Shown here: one piece after another, positions 22,056 to 33,908 of the stretch
Layout: every line of letters starts with the position of its first letter
Position numbering within the stretch: the first letter of the stretch is position 1
Assembly (NCBI GenBank): GCA_973851085.1
Contig: OZ316776.1
Span: forward strand, 10,106,001 to 10,170,000
From: Ptychomitrium polyphyllum
Taxonomy: Eukaryota
Length of the DNA stretch: 64,000 bases
Reading direction: 5' to 3'
The notes under the pieces: model-generated
Told to the model about the DNA's origin: nothing
Database searches by the model: none
Seen by the model: the letters and a program-made list of their open reading frames with translations, nothing else
Program-made: the position numbers and the translations under genes

Positions 22056-25000
22056 ATGGAAGACTCCAGCGCGCGCTCGCGCAGGCGCAGAGCGGCGGGG
22101 GTTTTGGGAGGCGGCCAGGCGGAGGCCGTGGCGCCGGGGAGCTTTGTGAGCGACCTTGGGTACGATCCGAGCTTCCAAGGCGGTTTGCAGGGGGAGGGTG
22201 AGCGGCCGAGCTCTGGCGGGGGTCTGTGGGGGAGTGGTGGTGCGAGCGGGGAGGGAAAGGAGCAGGAGAGCTTCGATGTCGCTGTAGATGATGCGCCTCG
22301 GGCCGCTGCGGGGCAGTTCATGGTGTCATTCTCCGGGGGTAGTAGTTATGGTGGGAATAGTTCGTCGTTGTTCTCGGAGATGCAGTTGTTCGGTTCGCAG
22401 CCTATTGTGATGCAGCAGCAGCAGCAGCAGCAGCAAATGGCGCAGCAGCGGCAGCAGATGCAGAATTTTTCGCCGAGTCTCGGTTGGCAGAATATGACGA
22501 GCTTAGTCGGCAGCCAGCAGAGCTTAGGGCAGTCGCAATCGCAGGCGCTTATGCATGGACTTGGTTTCGGCTCAGAGCAAGGTCTTCCGCCGTCGAGTTC
22601 GTTAGGTCATCTCATTCCGGGTGACGAGAATTGGCTAGGGCGTGATGGAGATACCATTCCGGCGAGTGAAATGTCTCTAGGTGGCGATTCGAGTGACAGT
22701 GAGGATTCGATTAAGGGTGAAGCAGGTCGCTTGCGCGGGAGGAAAGAGAAACTGGGCAAGGGAGGGAACCCTGGAGAGAAGTTGTGGAGGAAATTAAGAG
22801 GTATGATAAGAAGGAGTTCTCATTTGTGGATGATTAGTCGCTGGGCACTGAAAGTCTTCTCTTTTTTTGGAATCTGAAATTTTAAGACTTCACTTCAAGA
22901 TTCATAAGGGAAGCTATCTGTGCTGGATCATTTGTTGGTTTAGAAATGTAGCAAGTTTGTCTCCGTTCGGCTCAAGTTCTGTCGAGAAACACATTGCGTA
23001 GGCAGAAGCGGTGCTCGGAGTTTACTATTCCGAGCTCAATTTTGACCTTACTCAGTGGGATTTATAGTTATGTTAATCACATTACTGGAAGCCTATGCAC
23101 TAAGGGAGCTAGAGCAGACGTGAGAAAGTTGTCGCAGTATCTGATTAGCGCAAGGCTTTAAAGAACTGTAGAGAAATGGGTTTGGGACATTATCTGCGTA
23201 ACATATTGTCGTCTCGTATGTCATATTGTGGATTAAAGCAATTTCTTCCTTCAGATAGTGTAGCAGAGTCTGCAATTTAGTCGTATCAAACTCGGTCTTT
23301 CGAAGTGCAATCTTGTCGATTGCTCTTCATCTTGGGGTCTGAGGCATAACTATATTAATCTTATGTATGCAGTCGGCGAGAAGGGAGAGGACAAGATCGA
23401 GGGGTTTAGGGAAAGTGGAGAACCGTCACAAACACCAAGAGCTGGTGGTAAGGTGAGACACTATTACTAGTTCAGTATACATCAGTGCGCAAGTTGTAGT
23501 ACCCTAGTGTCGCGAATCGAAACTAACAGCGATAGCTGCATATTATGGTTTAGGGAGGAGTGCTTCTGTAGGAAGTTGAATGAGTTAGAGCTTAAAAGTC
23601 AACAATTCTGACTGTAGAATTTATTCGCATTATAAACTATTCTCGTTGTTTGTGTTTCAGGCAAGAAAGAGTAAGCACAAACATGCCAAGCCCCGGGAAC
23701 GTGTTGTGGCTTCTGAAGGATTGCTGGAGGATTCGGTGAATGAAGAGTTTTTGGCGTCGTCCTCAGAATCTGGTTCTAGCAGCGACTACTCAGACAGGGA
23801 TAAGAAAGAAGGTTGGAACAAGAAAAGGAAACGTGCTGGGCAAGATGCTGATGGCAATGTCACATGGACAGATGAGTCTGTAAAGTTCCTTTTTGAGACA
23901 TACGATGCCATACATCAACGGCTGTGGGAGGAAAGTAACGGCCATGTCAAGTATCAAAAGAAATGGACACCCATACTGAAGGCTATGCAGGATAAGTTTG
24001 GCAAGCATTTTTCGAAGAAGCAATGCCAGAGCAAGTACTGGAGCGTAAGGCGCGAATGCGCAGATTACAGGTAATCCAATAGAGCAGTGTGATAATTCAT
24101 AGCGTTCTGCTGCCTAGATTATAAGGCTTTGTTTGAGTTTTAGAGTTGATGCAAAGATTTTTTCGGTTCGAATTACACAGGGGTCCTTTCTACGGACGTC
24201 CCCGAATACATGCATATTGCTTTAGGCTGGTCCTAACTGTAGTAATTGTCCTAGAAAATTTAATAAAAGTTGCTTCTGTTGACTGTGTTGGTGCCAGGAA
24301 CATGTCTGCCAAAGCTGCACGATCCGATCCATCTTGGAATCCCAGTATAGCGGGACGAGAACTTCTCAAGCCAAAGTTTTATGATGTCTGGTTTGAGGTG
24401 TCAGGGAAGAAAGAAGCTATTTTGACGAATTCAACCGCGACAAAGGCTACTGGTGTGAAAGATGGAGGGGCCCTCGTCCGGGATCTTAAGACACCAGGAC
24501 ACAACGATTCGTGGAAAGTTGGAGGAAAAGACGGGCAACCGACAAAGCACAAGGTTGAAGATTGCGGAACTGCATTGAAGGAAATGCAGCGGCTTATGCA
24601 AGTGCAGCTTCAGGTGAGACTTTTAATTAGATTCATTTTATTTTTTTACTTAATTTGCTTGAAATTGAAACTGTTACCTTTAGCTGGTTTGAGAAAATGA
24701 ATATACTGTTTGTAGCACATTTGCGACGGTAATGTTTCATGATGAATTGCGCATTGAAGATAATTGCCTTATGTTGCTTACATTTTCAATTCCCTAATTG
24801 TATAGAAAATGTGAAACTCGATACTGAGTTCCTTCAATAGAGAAGTCTCACACAAATTCGGTGGGCCTCCACAGGCTTCAGAGAAGAGAGAGGAGGCCAT
24901 GAAGTTTCGTGCGGAGCTGATGATGGACCTTTTGACGCAACATATGGAACACGTGGAAAGAAGAGTAAGTAATTTAGACGAAGGTCGACAACCCCAACTT

Positions 25001-25111
25001 TACCTTCTAGAGCGTGTCAATCACAAGCTTGAAAAAGTACTTGAAGGCTTTACTGCTTTAAATGAAAATTTGTCCATAGTAGCATTTAAATTCACTCAGA
25101 AACAGTCATAA
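22056..25111 (+). CDS. Myb/SANT-like (trihelix-type) DNA-binding protein with Gln-rich N-terminus and C-terminal coiled coil, 5 exons
   Basis: Exons ~22056-22800, 23373-23452, 23661-24070, 24298-24613 and 24875-25111 join in frame with GT-AG sites. Domain VTWTDESVKFLFE..KKWTPILKAMQDKFGKHFSKKQCQSKYWSVRR; basic NLS-like KKRKR; polyQ tract at ~22413-22436. Start codon uncertain. Confidence 0.8.
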
Positions 25112-27495
25112 TTAGGGTGACTCGTTTTGTGAGGTCTTTTTTTATTATTTGTGTACAGTAGGTAGCCGATTTACATGACAAATCTCGCAGCTCGCCTTCA
25201 ATGGAGTACTTATTTCAATGCATCTGAACTAGGTGATCACAATGCCCTCGAAGCGCTATGTTTCACATTCTGTTCCTGCTTCACTTTGCATGACTGGTTA
25301 TGTCCATATACAGTAATCCTACCTGTTTCTTTCTGTAGACAATACATTTTTCCTCAAATATTTACACCAGTCAGCAATTTAAAAAAGTTTGAAGGCAGCA
25401 GTATTGATCAACAGCCTGGCCAGATATGGCGTTGTTGTTACAATGGAATGTTAAAATGCGGAAAATAATTATCAATCCCTTTCAACAAATCCTTCTGTTT
25501 CTGGATTTGCAAAAAGTCCTGTCTTATTGTCTTATTGAACTTGCAAGGCAACTAAAATCTTCTAAAAAAAAAAATTTTTACATGTACTACATTTCTTAAA
25601 TTTTTACATGTACTACATTTCTTTCTTTACGTGTGCTATTTTCTATGCCTTGGATCATTTCTATTCCTTGAGTCATTTTTTGAAGTACCATTGTCTCACA
25701 ACTCCTCAAACAGCAATTATTCTACAATCTTTTTATTCTTCCTTTTCTAGTGTTCTCAATTGATTATATGGTATAGTTCTATATAGATATTGAGTAATAG
25801 ACAATTCACTTAGGAAAGCATAAAAAGAATGAGGTAAAACTCTTGAACCTTTTAAATAAGAGACCTATGATTATAAAATCTAGTTTAATTCTCAATCAAC
25901 TTATCATTATCAATAATTAAAAAACAAATTTTATATCTACAATAAGTAAAGACATATATGTTCATTATAAGTCATATTATTTTTGAAATTATGGTGTAAT
26001 TTAAAACTATTGAAAACTTTTCATTAAGTATAAAAATTAATCTTAATTGCAAAATATATGCAAACATTCAATTTTTCCAACCATAAGTATGAAACAAAAT
26101 GAAAATATCAAATTGGAATATAGAGTTTTATATAATTTATGCTCCAATTTATATACTAATTTGAACTTCTTAGAAATTGACAAACTTCTTAAAATATTCC
26201 AACTGTTTTGCATTCCAAAGTGGTTGCTATATATGAACTAACTATTCAAAGCATACCATTAATAATTTATATTACCATTATGCTTTCATAATGTTCCTCA
26301 ATAGTTTTATTGATTCACCTTCACTTTGAGTAGTAGATAAATCATCAATAAGAATAGTATGTAGAAATTAATGCATAAAGGTGTGAAACTAGTTTGTTAA
26401 CCTGACATATAGTTTTGCCTAAACTTCAACAAAATAAGGTCTTGATAACAAAATTGATACTATAAAGGACAATATTATTGTTTTGATAGAAGATGTTCAT
26501 AAGAACCATCAATAAAACAAAAATGATACAATACATTTTTATTGTAGATCCTATGGACCATAGACTCCTCTATTAACCTAGGCCACTTTGATTAAAAATC
26601 ATACATTCTTTCAAACCTTAAGTGTATTCTATATGGGCTCTCATAATTGAGCATCAGGTTGTTGATAGCACACACCATGTAAAAATGAGAATGTAGTAGT
26701 TTCTGAAAAAGGGGAAACATAATGAAAAGACTAGTTGTAGCTTTGTAAAATTTAACCTTTCAGGCTCATTATATTAAAATGCAAGTTTTTAGTCTCGACC
26801 AGGTTATTCCTTTATGTATGAGCATTATGTGGGACGTTTAACCAGCAACTTGAAGACATAGGTGCCATGATCATTCCCACCTGTTTTCGGATTGCTACAA
26901 GCCCATACTCAGCATCCAAAGGAAACCACACCCTCTACGGCTCTCATTGACCATATACAGTTTTCTTGTGCAAAAGAGAAATGTGTTCACATCATTGAAC
27001 ATATGCAACCAAAAGCTCATTTTGCAATACATCAAAGTCTTGTGGAAAATGGCTGGACATGTTAGCAGAATGGATAATTCTTGAACCAGGCATATATATT
27101 AGATGTTTGAAAACCGATTTGCACCATAAGGGGCATTCTCATCCACTACGGTATCAATCCACAAAACAAATCTTCCACTGTAAAGAGTTTAAGAGTTATA
27201 ATCGGTAATTGTGAATGCAAGTAAAGTTGGGTCCACCCACAGCGATTCAAGCTAATGAATACTGTGTATTTCAAAAAACAAGATAAGAGCTAGAGATGAA
27301 GTACACCCAGTCGGTCTCACAAACGTGGAGTTGGGGTTGACTTGGTTCACCAGGAACTGTACATACCCTTCCGCACTCTCCCGTATTCACAAAAGACATG
27401 CAATGAAGTGATTTTCACACACCGACCATGGTAACTCCATCACCGTTTTCTTTAAGAATGACATGCCGGAGGCTAATTTGATAGCTTCTGGTGCC

Positions 27496-28560
27496 TTAAG
27501 GGTGATAGCCCTTGTACGATTCCTTGTTGTTCCTGTATGCGCAACATCCACAAGAATATACGACGATGAGAAAAACTAGCACAATGATGTTGCCAATGGC
27601 AACTCTCCGCCAGTTAGACTTCACGTTCTGCAGCACTCCAGCGCGGCATGAGTTGCAATCCGTGCACAATTGTGTTTGAGTATTGTTCCACTTCCCGCAG
27701 TCCGAGTCTGAGCCAGGTGCCGGAGTTCCATTCCAATCAGTCGCATTCACAAACGTGAAACCGCACGACGTCGGTGGCTTGCAGCATCCAGACTGTCACA
27801 AAGAGTAAAGAAGCAATTCAATAAAGTCAGAAGGCAAGATAACTCCACCTACTGCTTTAGCATCAAGTCGACTTCAGATGACTACGCTTTTCAACAAGAT
27901 TTTACCTTTTCGTTTCGAAAAAGTAAACAATGGCCACTGTTTTCAAAGGTGAAAAAACTCTAAAACATATGATCTGCTATGTCAAGTTAAAAACAAAGAA
28001 AAAAATAACTCAAAACTAAAATGCTTTACATCTAAAAGTAAGAATGCTTAGTAACAAAGTACCTCGAGAGGAGTGAGAGATGCTTTGTTGAATGCATCGA
28101 CGGTAATGTACTTTTTGCCCAAATCGTTGCACACCTTGGAATCGGCGATACAGCTCTTGATCTTTGCCCAGTACGTAGGATTATTGACCCGCCTCTGTAA
28201 CCAAGTGGAATAATCACCCAGCCTGTAGTCTTTGTAGCCTTTCCCCGAGACCGCATTCCCCGCACCGGAATTGGTCACCACAAAGGCGAAGATGGTGAAG
28301 CAGAAGAGGAGCACAATCAAAAGGAACATGACGAAGAGGTAGAGGAGTAGAAGGAACTTCATGTCGCACCATGCGCCAATCATGCCGGCCAGCGACACCA
28401 GCAGGATGAACACTCCCAGCGCAATGATAGGGTACTGCAAGAACCGCACGCACACGGTGTCGTGCGTCTTCGAGAGCCATACTCCTAGTGCGATGATTGG
28501 GATGGACAATATGCACGTCGCGAGATTCAGCAACCCGGTGAGCAAATTACTGCACCCCAT
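27496..28560 (-). CDS. TET: Tetraspanin, 2 exons
   Basis: Exons 28560-28063 and 27792-27496. Four hydrophobic segments, plant tetraspanin motif SGCCKPP, and GKGYKDYRLGDYSTWLQ, CTDCNSCRAGVL, YSCGCCAYRN. Confidence 0.97.
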
Positions 28561-31500
28561 GGTCACTGCTCCACCGAATCTTCAAACAGCACTTTCTCCT
28601 ACCACGGTCTGCAGAACAAGCATTGGGTTAGTCTACAAACTACCTCAAACAATCTTCAAAAAAACATCACATCACAACACCCAACCACAAAAAAACCTCA
28701 CGCGTTACTATAATAAACACTTTCTACGAACACCATCACCCTTTTCTGAAATGAAATTCACATCCGAACTCTTCTTTCAATTTGCCCCCCAAACTGCTAT
28801 AAAACCAAGATCTTTCCCTCCGCCACCAAAAAAGGTAAACAATTGAGACAGAAAAGGGAACACCTAGTAAACGCTGAGTACGTCCCCCCCAAAAACTCTA
28901 AACAGCGGAATCAGAATTTTTTCAAAAAGTCGAGAAAAGAAAACCGCAATTCCGTACAACCCACAAGGTGCCACCAAACCAAAGCTTTGCGCACCTGGAA
29001 ACCTTGAAACAAAAGCTTCACAACTATCTTCTTGCCACCTCCTCTGTAACCCAGTCTAGCAACCCAAAGACGCAACGTAACAACAACATACAAACTTAGC
29101 TCGGACTTGGTATTAAACGACTCCAAGACTCGGTTCAAATCCCGTATGGCGATGTTCTGCGTTAGTTATACTGCTGCTGGGATAAGCCGGCCCCCCCTTT
29201 TCTAACACACCGCTCTAGTCAAAGCTGCGCTTCTGCGTCCCCGACTCGGCCTCCACTATCCAAAGTTCAGGCGCGTCCCAACGGCCAGCCCCACATCCCA
29301 CTTCTTGAGAATGGTTCTAATGGCGACCGTGGATCGAAAGCCACTCTTGCAGAGAGCCGTTAGATTGTGTTGCGAAATTTGTCGGCAATTCTGGATGCGG
29401 GCGGGGATGCGTTTCAACAAAACTTCACGTTGAGGAGAATGGTTTCTGCGGTAGTTCTGGCCCGTGCAATGGTGCGTGTGGGTATCGAACGGGTGCCATG
29501 GAGCGATTCCATTGCTTAAAGTCAAGGAAGTGGGGGGCTAGCGGCGAAAAGAGCGGGCGCGTGGTGCTCCAATGCTCCCTTTACCGATAATTACCAGCAT
29601 AATTCTCATCTATAGTTCTTATCTTACGCGCAAACGCGACACTATGAGAATTGTGGATCTTCCTCGAAACTCATATACTTTGAATTTTCAATTGTACGCT
29701 TCGGGTAGACAACATCTGTTTTGGGTTCAATGACGGTTTTTGGTATACTTGCCATCCCATGTGCCCAGGCCAATTCGTGGTCAAGCGTCGCTGCTCCTTC
29801 AGTTCAACATTTCTAATATGCTTTACGAGATTCCGCATGCAAAACAAACAACGAGTTACAACGATCTTTGTTAACTTACTGTACCTCCTTCAAACAACTT
29901 ACAGTAGGATTTTTAGGTTCTCAGCCTCAGTGTCTCACCCATTTTCTGTAGTAAGTTTATCTGTAAAGGATCTGTCTCTGCCTGCACATGCAGGCTCACA
30001 AATTATTACTGTGTCTGCACCTCTAGTAGCGCAGTCACCTGAATTGATTGAGTCCACAAGCAGACGACTTTGTTTAATTTAGTGATAAATTTTGTAGGTA
30101 GGAACGGAAGAAGCCATGTCCATGATTCCACTGGATTATTGACTGCTTTGCCGAGTTTGCAGGCATGCCCTTCCTCCCACTTGCACAAACCAGGTAACTA
30201 CCGCCTCCTACTTTTAATGTAACCTAGTTGTGCGGTTCGATCGTGTGAAGGACTATTCAGTGGAGGCCATAGCAACAGTGACTCGTGCAGCGCATTGTTC
30301 GTCGCCATTGAAGTATTTTAATTTTAGGATACTGTAGAAAATATTAAAAGTATCAATACACTAGCTGTGGGCTTCAGGGCATTGAAAGCATCACGAATAG
30401 TCTCATGATTATACCCTAATATAATATACAGATTGTTCCGTTACCAGGAGCCAACATCAAAAAGAAGTTCAGTGCTTCTACCTCTAAAACCCTAGGGGTT
30501 TGGATTAGCTCTGTTTTTGTTTGATGACGGCCAGTAGGAACAATGTAGAATCGCCGGTTGTGGATTTTGAGACATTCAGGAGCAATTCTAGTAGTATGAG
30601 AGACGTGAATTTCACGCCTTGCGAGGATATTATTGTCAAGAGTTGATCCATGTATAGAGGTGACTGTATATGGAGCCTCTGACTGTTGCGCGATTGAATG
30701 CACTTGGGGAAGGCTGAGCTCGAAGCTGGATCCATCTAGCGTGACTCACAGGCGACCAGCAAGCTGCCTGAGTTGGTCACGCCCAATGCAGAATACAATG
30801 GCCCCTAGGCTTGTCTGGGTGAACACTGAACTTCGGATGATTCTAGAATTAGAGTTGAGAACATCAAAAGGTGACTCGATATACGTTACTTCGTGTAAAT
30901 TGTGGTCGAAACACAACGCGCTCCTGGCGAATCATGCGACATACTGGATTTTTGAGCCTTGTCATGAGCCCTACTTGATGTTCCCTGCGATGCGAAGGCA
31001 GTAAGTCCTACACTGTAGTTTTAACCCATCCCTCATGAATGCTCTCCATTCTCCACTGTCTGCTCCCCTGTGACTCCGCAAGCCGGCCTGCCTAGCGCTG
31101 CAGTGCACTCTGAGTGGTGGCTCTGCAGCACTCTGGTTGCACATGTTCACAGGAGCGGAGCTGCTGAAGGCCACGGTGGTTAGAATTTGCTAAGTTATTC
31201 TTTTTAGTTTTTCAAGAGTCATTTGTCAAAGTGAGATACTAATTTTGAAATGTAGCAAAACGGCGACAAATTGCATTAATAAAATTGGTAAAGAAAAGCA
31301 AAAACCCATGTAAAACTCATATACATACAGACGCACGTACGTGTGCATATGTATATAAAGGGAGAGAAGTTTTCTATTAATGAAGTGCAAGTGCTTCATT
31401 AAACCACCTTGTCTACTGTTTCTTCAACATTCAATATTAAATGTTACTTTACTGTAAGGTTGATGTGATATCAAGGACAACACATCTTAACAGTAACATT

Positions 31501-32369
31501 ATTTGACCTTTTATAAAAACAATGTCATTATAAATTTTTAAGCTATACAAATCTAGTTCAATAATCTTTTAATACAATTCTATTTCATAATATCTTCAAA
31601 TAAACATGGATAAAATAACATACTTGAAATTATGTGAAATTTATATGACATCATATAAAATATATCATACATGGTTTTTATGTCATAAGATATTACAATA
31701 AAAAGTGTATACGTGAGCATCAATTCTCTTTTACAACTAAATCACCATTTCAGTTTATTATTTCAGTGGATGAAGCCGGAATGAAACACTTGGTCACCAA
31801 AACTGGTAACTATGGTAGGTGGTTGCCACTTGGTCTTACTCATCTCTACTAAGTATGCATTTCTATGTAACCATCTGACCCACATAGTGCTAATTTCACC
31901 TTCATGCAGGCATTTACAAAAGTTGGATTAGGTTGGATGGTCACACGGAATCATACCATTCTTACCACACTCATGTATCCTTGACAAAAAATCTAAGCAC
32001 AACTATTACACTTCTCCTAGATTAAATCCACCACAGCTACTTTACATGCTAAGTATTCAGGCCCTCTTTGTCTTCCTAGAGTAACTTTCTACCATTCTTC
32101 TGATAAGGGGGGATGTTAGTTAGCTTGTGAAATGCAGTGCACTTCAGGAATCATGATCAAACAGTTGGTTGCAGTAGACAACAAACCCCTGCCAGATGAA
32201 CAAGAATGGAAGTAAGTTTTGAGTGGTGGCTTATCTTCATTCCAAAACATTGATCATTGCATGAGGTCGAGCCTCTCCCATCCCGTTTTCTTAATATGTC
32301 CTTTAACTAGATATACAGTCTCCTTGGAACAGACTCTTTCTTCACAACTCTGAGGAATCAGAGTTTTCT

Positions 32370-32834
32370 TTATTCTCATTATCCCACGGATGAAAACCAA
32401 TTTCCTTTTCTAAAACACTTTCATGATCCTCAATAAAGCCTGTACATCAACAGTCCACATGCATATTTCGCAGGGCCGTTTTCTCCAGAATACCAGGAAG
32501 TTAGTATCAGTCCAAACCACCAAATTCTCTGTTTTGGCTCCCCATTTGAAGTCACAGTTTTACCAGGATGTGGCCTAAATGTTAGGCAAAACACCAATTT
32601 CACATTTTCATTAGGCTGAAGTGTATGCTCTTCAATAACAGTCTCACTGTTCTGATACCTGCAAGTAACTTGGGTATTTGGAGATGAATTTTCTTTTGGA
32701 AGTCCACTAGTACTAATCTTGTTGAAGATGAAAAAGACAGCTGGGGGAAACTCACTGAAGGCCATGGTGGCTGACTCCATTGCCACAAGAAACACTAAAA
32801 GACATACTATAGGGAGTCTAATTGAGTTTCCCAT
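32370..32834 (-). pseudogene. S-protein homologue (plant self-incompatibility S1-like) secreted protein, frameshifted
   Basis: Signal peptide MGNSIRLPIVCLLVFLVAMESATMA, then FFIFNKI..VTCR..HTLQPNENVKLVF. After a frameshift near 32560 the reading is CDFKWGAKTENLVVW..RPCEICMWTVDVQ, and after a second near 32438 ..IGFHPW. The CxFxW / CxxCxW / terminal W pattern fits SPH proteins. Confidence 0.6.
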
Positions 32835-33549
32835 GTCAAAGGTATTGGATGAAAGACAGACAGCACTTCAGTCTTTTTGAGATCTTTGGAGGTCACGACT
32901 CAAGTGGAAGAGCTTTATCTTGCATGAAATATTTTCCTAAACATCAAACCATTTATGATATTGAAGGATTTGTCTTGAATGGAGCCATCTGGAGCTTTTA
33001 AAATATTCAGCCTTTGGTTGATTATCACCTTAGAAAAGTACTCTTATGATGGTCTTAGAATTTGTGGAATGATATTGATCCATTTGCACTGGATAGTGCT
33101 TGGATTCAATATATTATTTCAGCAGCAATGCTGCTTGTCTTTCCAGGCATTTAGAATATTTTTTTGGCAGCTTCATTTTGCAATTATATGTGGTGTTGTA
33201 GGATAGCTGTAAGAAACAGTAGTACTCTTCTTGTCAACTACATGGAGGTTGCTACTCTGTCCCAAATTCTAGGCAATCGATAAATCATATTTTTTCAATG
33301 TTCTATTTCAACCTTTCTAAATGTAATTATGTAGTTGAGTTTTAAAAACACCTATTGTGTTTACAATTTACATATTACTTGAGAAAGTCATTTGCTCTAT
33401 TTTGAGGCTTTTCATAAAATTTATGCTTGAATATGTCTGACAATGTAATATGATACGTGTGAGTTTGAAGATTCCATTTTAAAGTATCCAATCTCTTTGA
33501 GTTTTGTTAAAAAAAACTAGTTGAATGCATACAATTTAACCTAAAAGAA

Positions 33550-33573
33550 GGGTTTAGGATTTAGGGTTTAGGG
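33550..33573 (-). promoter_or_regulatory. Telo-box / short interstitial TTTAGGG repeat upstream of LpxB
   Basis: gggtttaggatttagggtttaggg contains TAGGGTTT (reverse complement AAACCCTA), ~340 bp upstream of the ATG. Confidence 0.5.
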
Positions 33574-33908
33574 ATGAAGAGCGTGACAACGTCCAGTTGA
33601 CCACATCAGTAGACTTGCAGTTACACAGAGTGATTGAATCACATGAGCACCATTTCTTGCAGGGTTGAGGGGTGAGGGTTGATCTTGAGACTGGAAGCCT
33701 GTGTGTGACACAAGTGCCCTAAGAGTTGAGGAGCTGGTTCAGGATGCTTGGTTTTGCAGCCCATTGACAACATCGTCGAGTTTTTGTGTGTTGATGGTTT
33801 GTTGATGAAGGAACGCAGTTCGGAGTAGTTGGTGAAGTGGGTGGGTGTGTGGGTGGAAGTTCGGGTTGGGATCAGATTGATTGCATAGTGGAGAGAAGAG
33901 GGCTTGTC

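Noticed and set aside
30416..31174. ORFs 30633-31004 and neighbours
   Set aside because: No recognisable motifs, and neighbouring frames are interrupted by stops.
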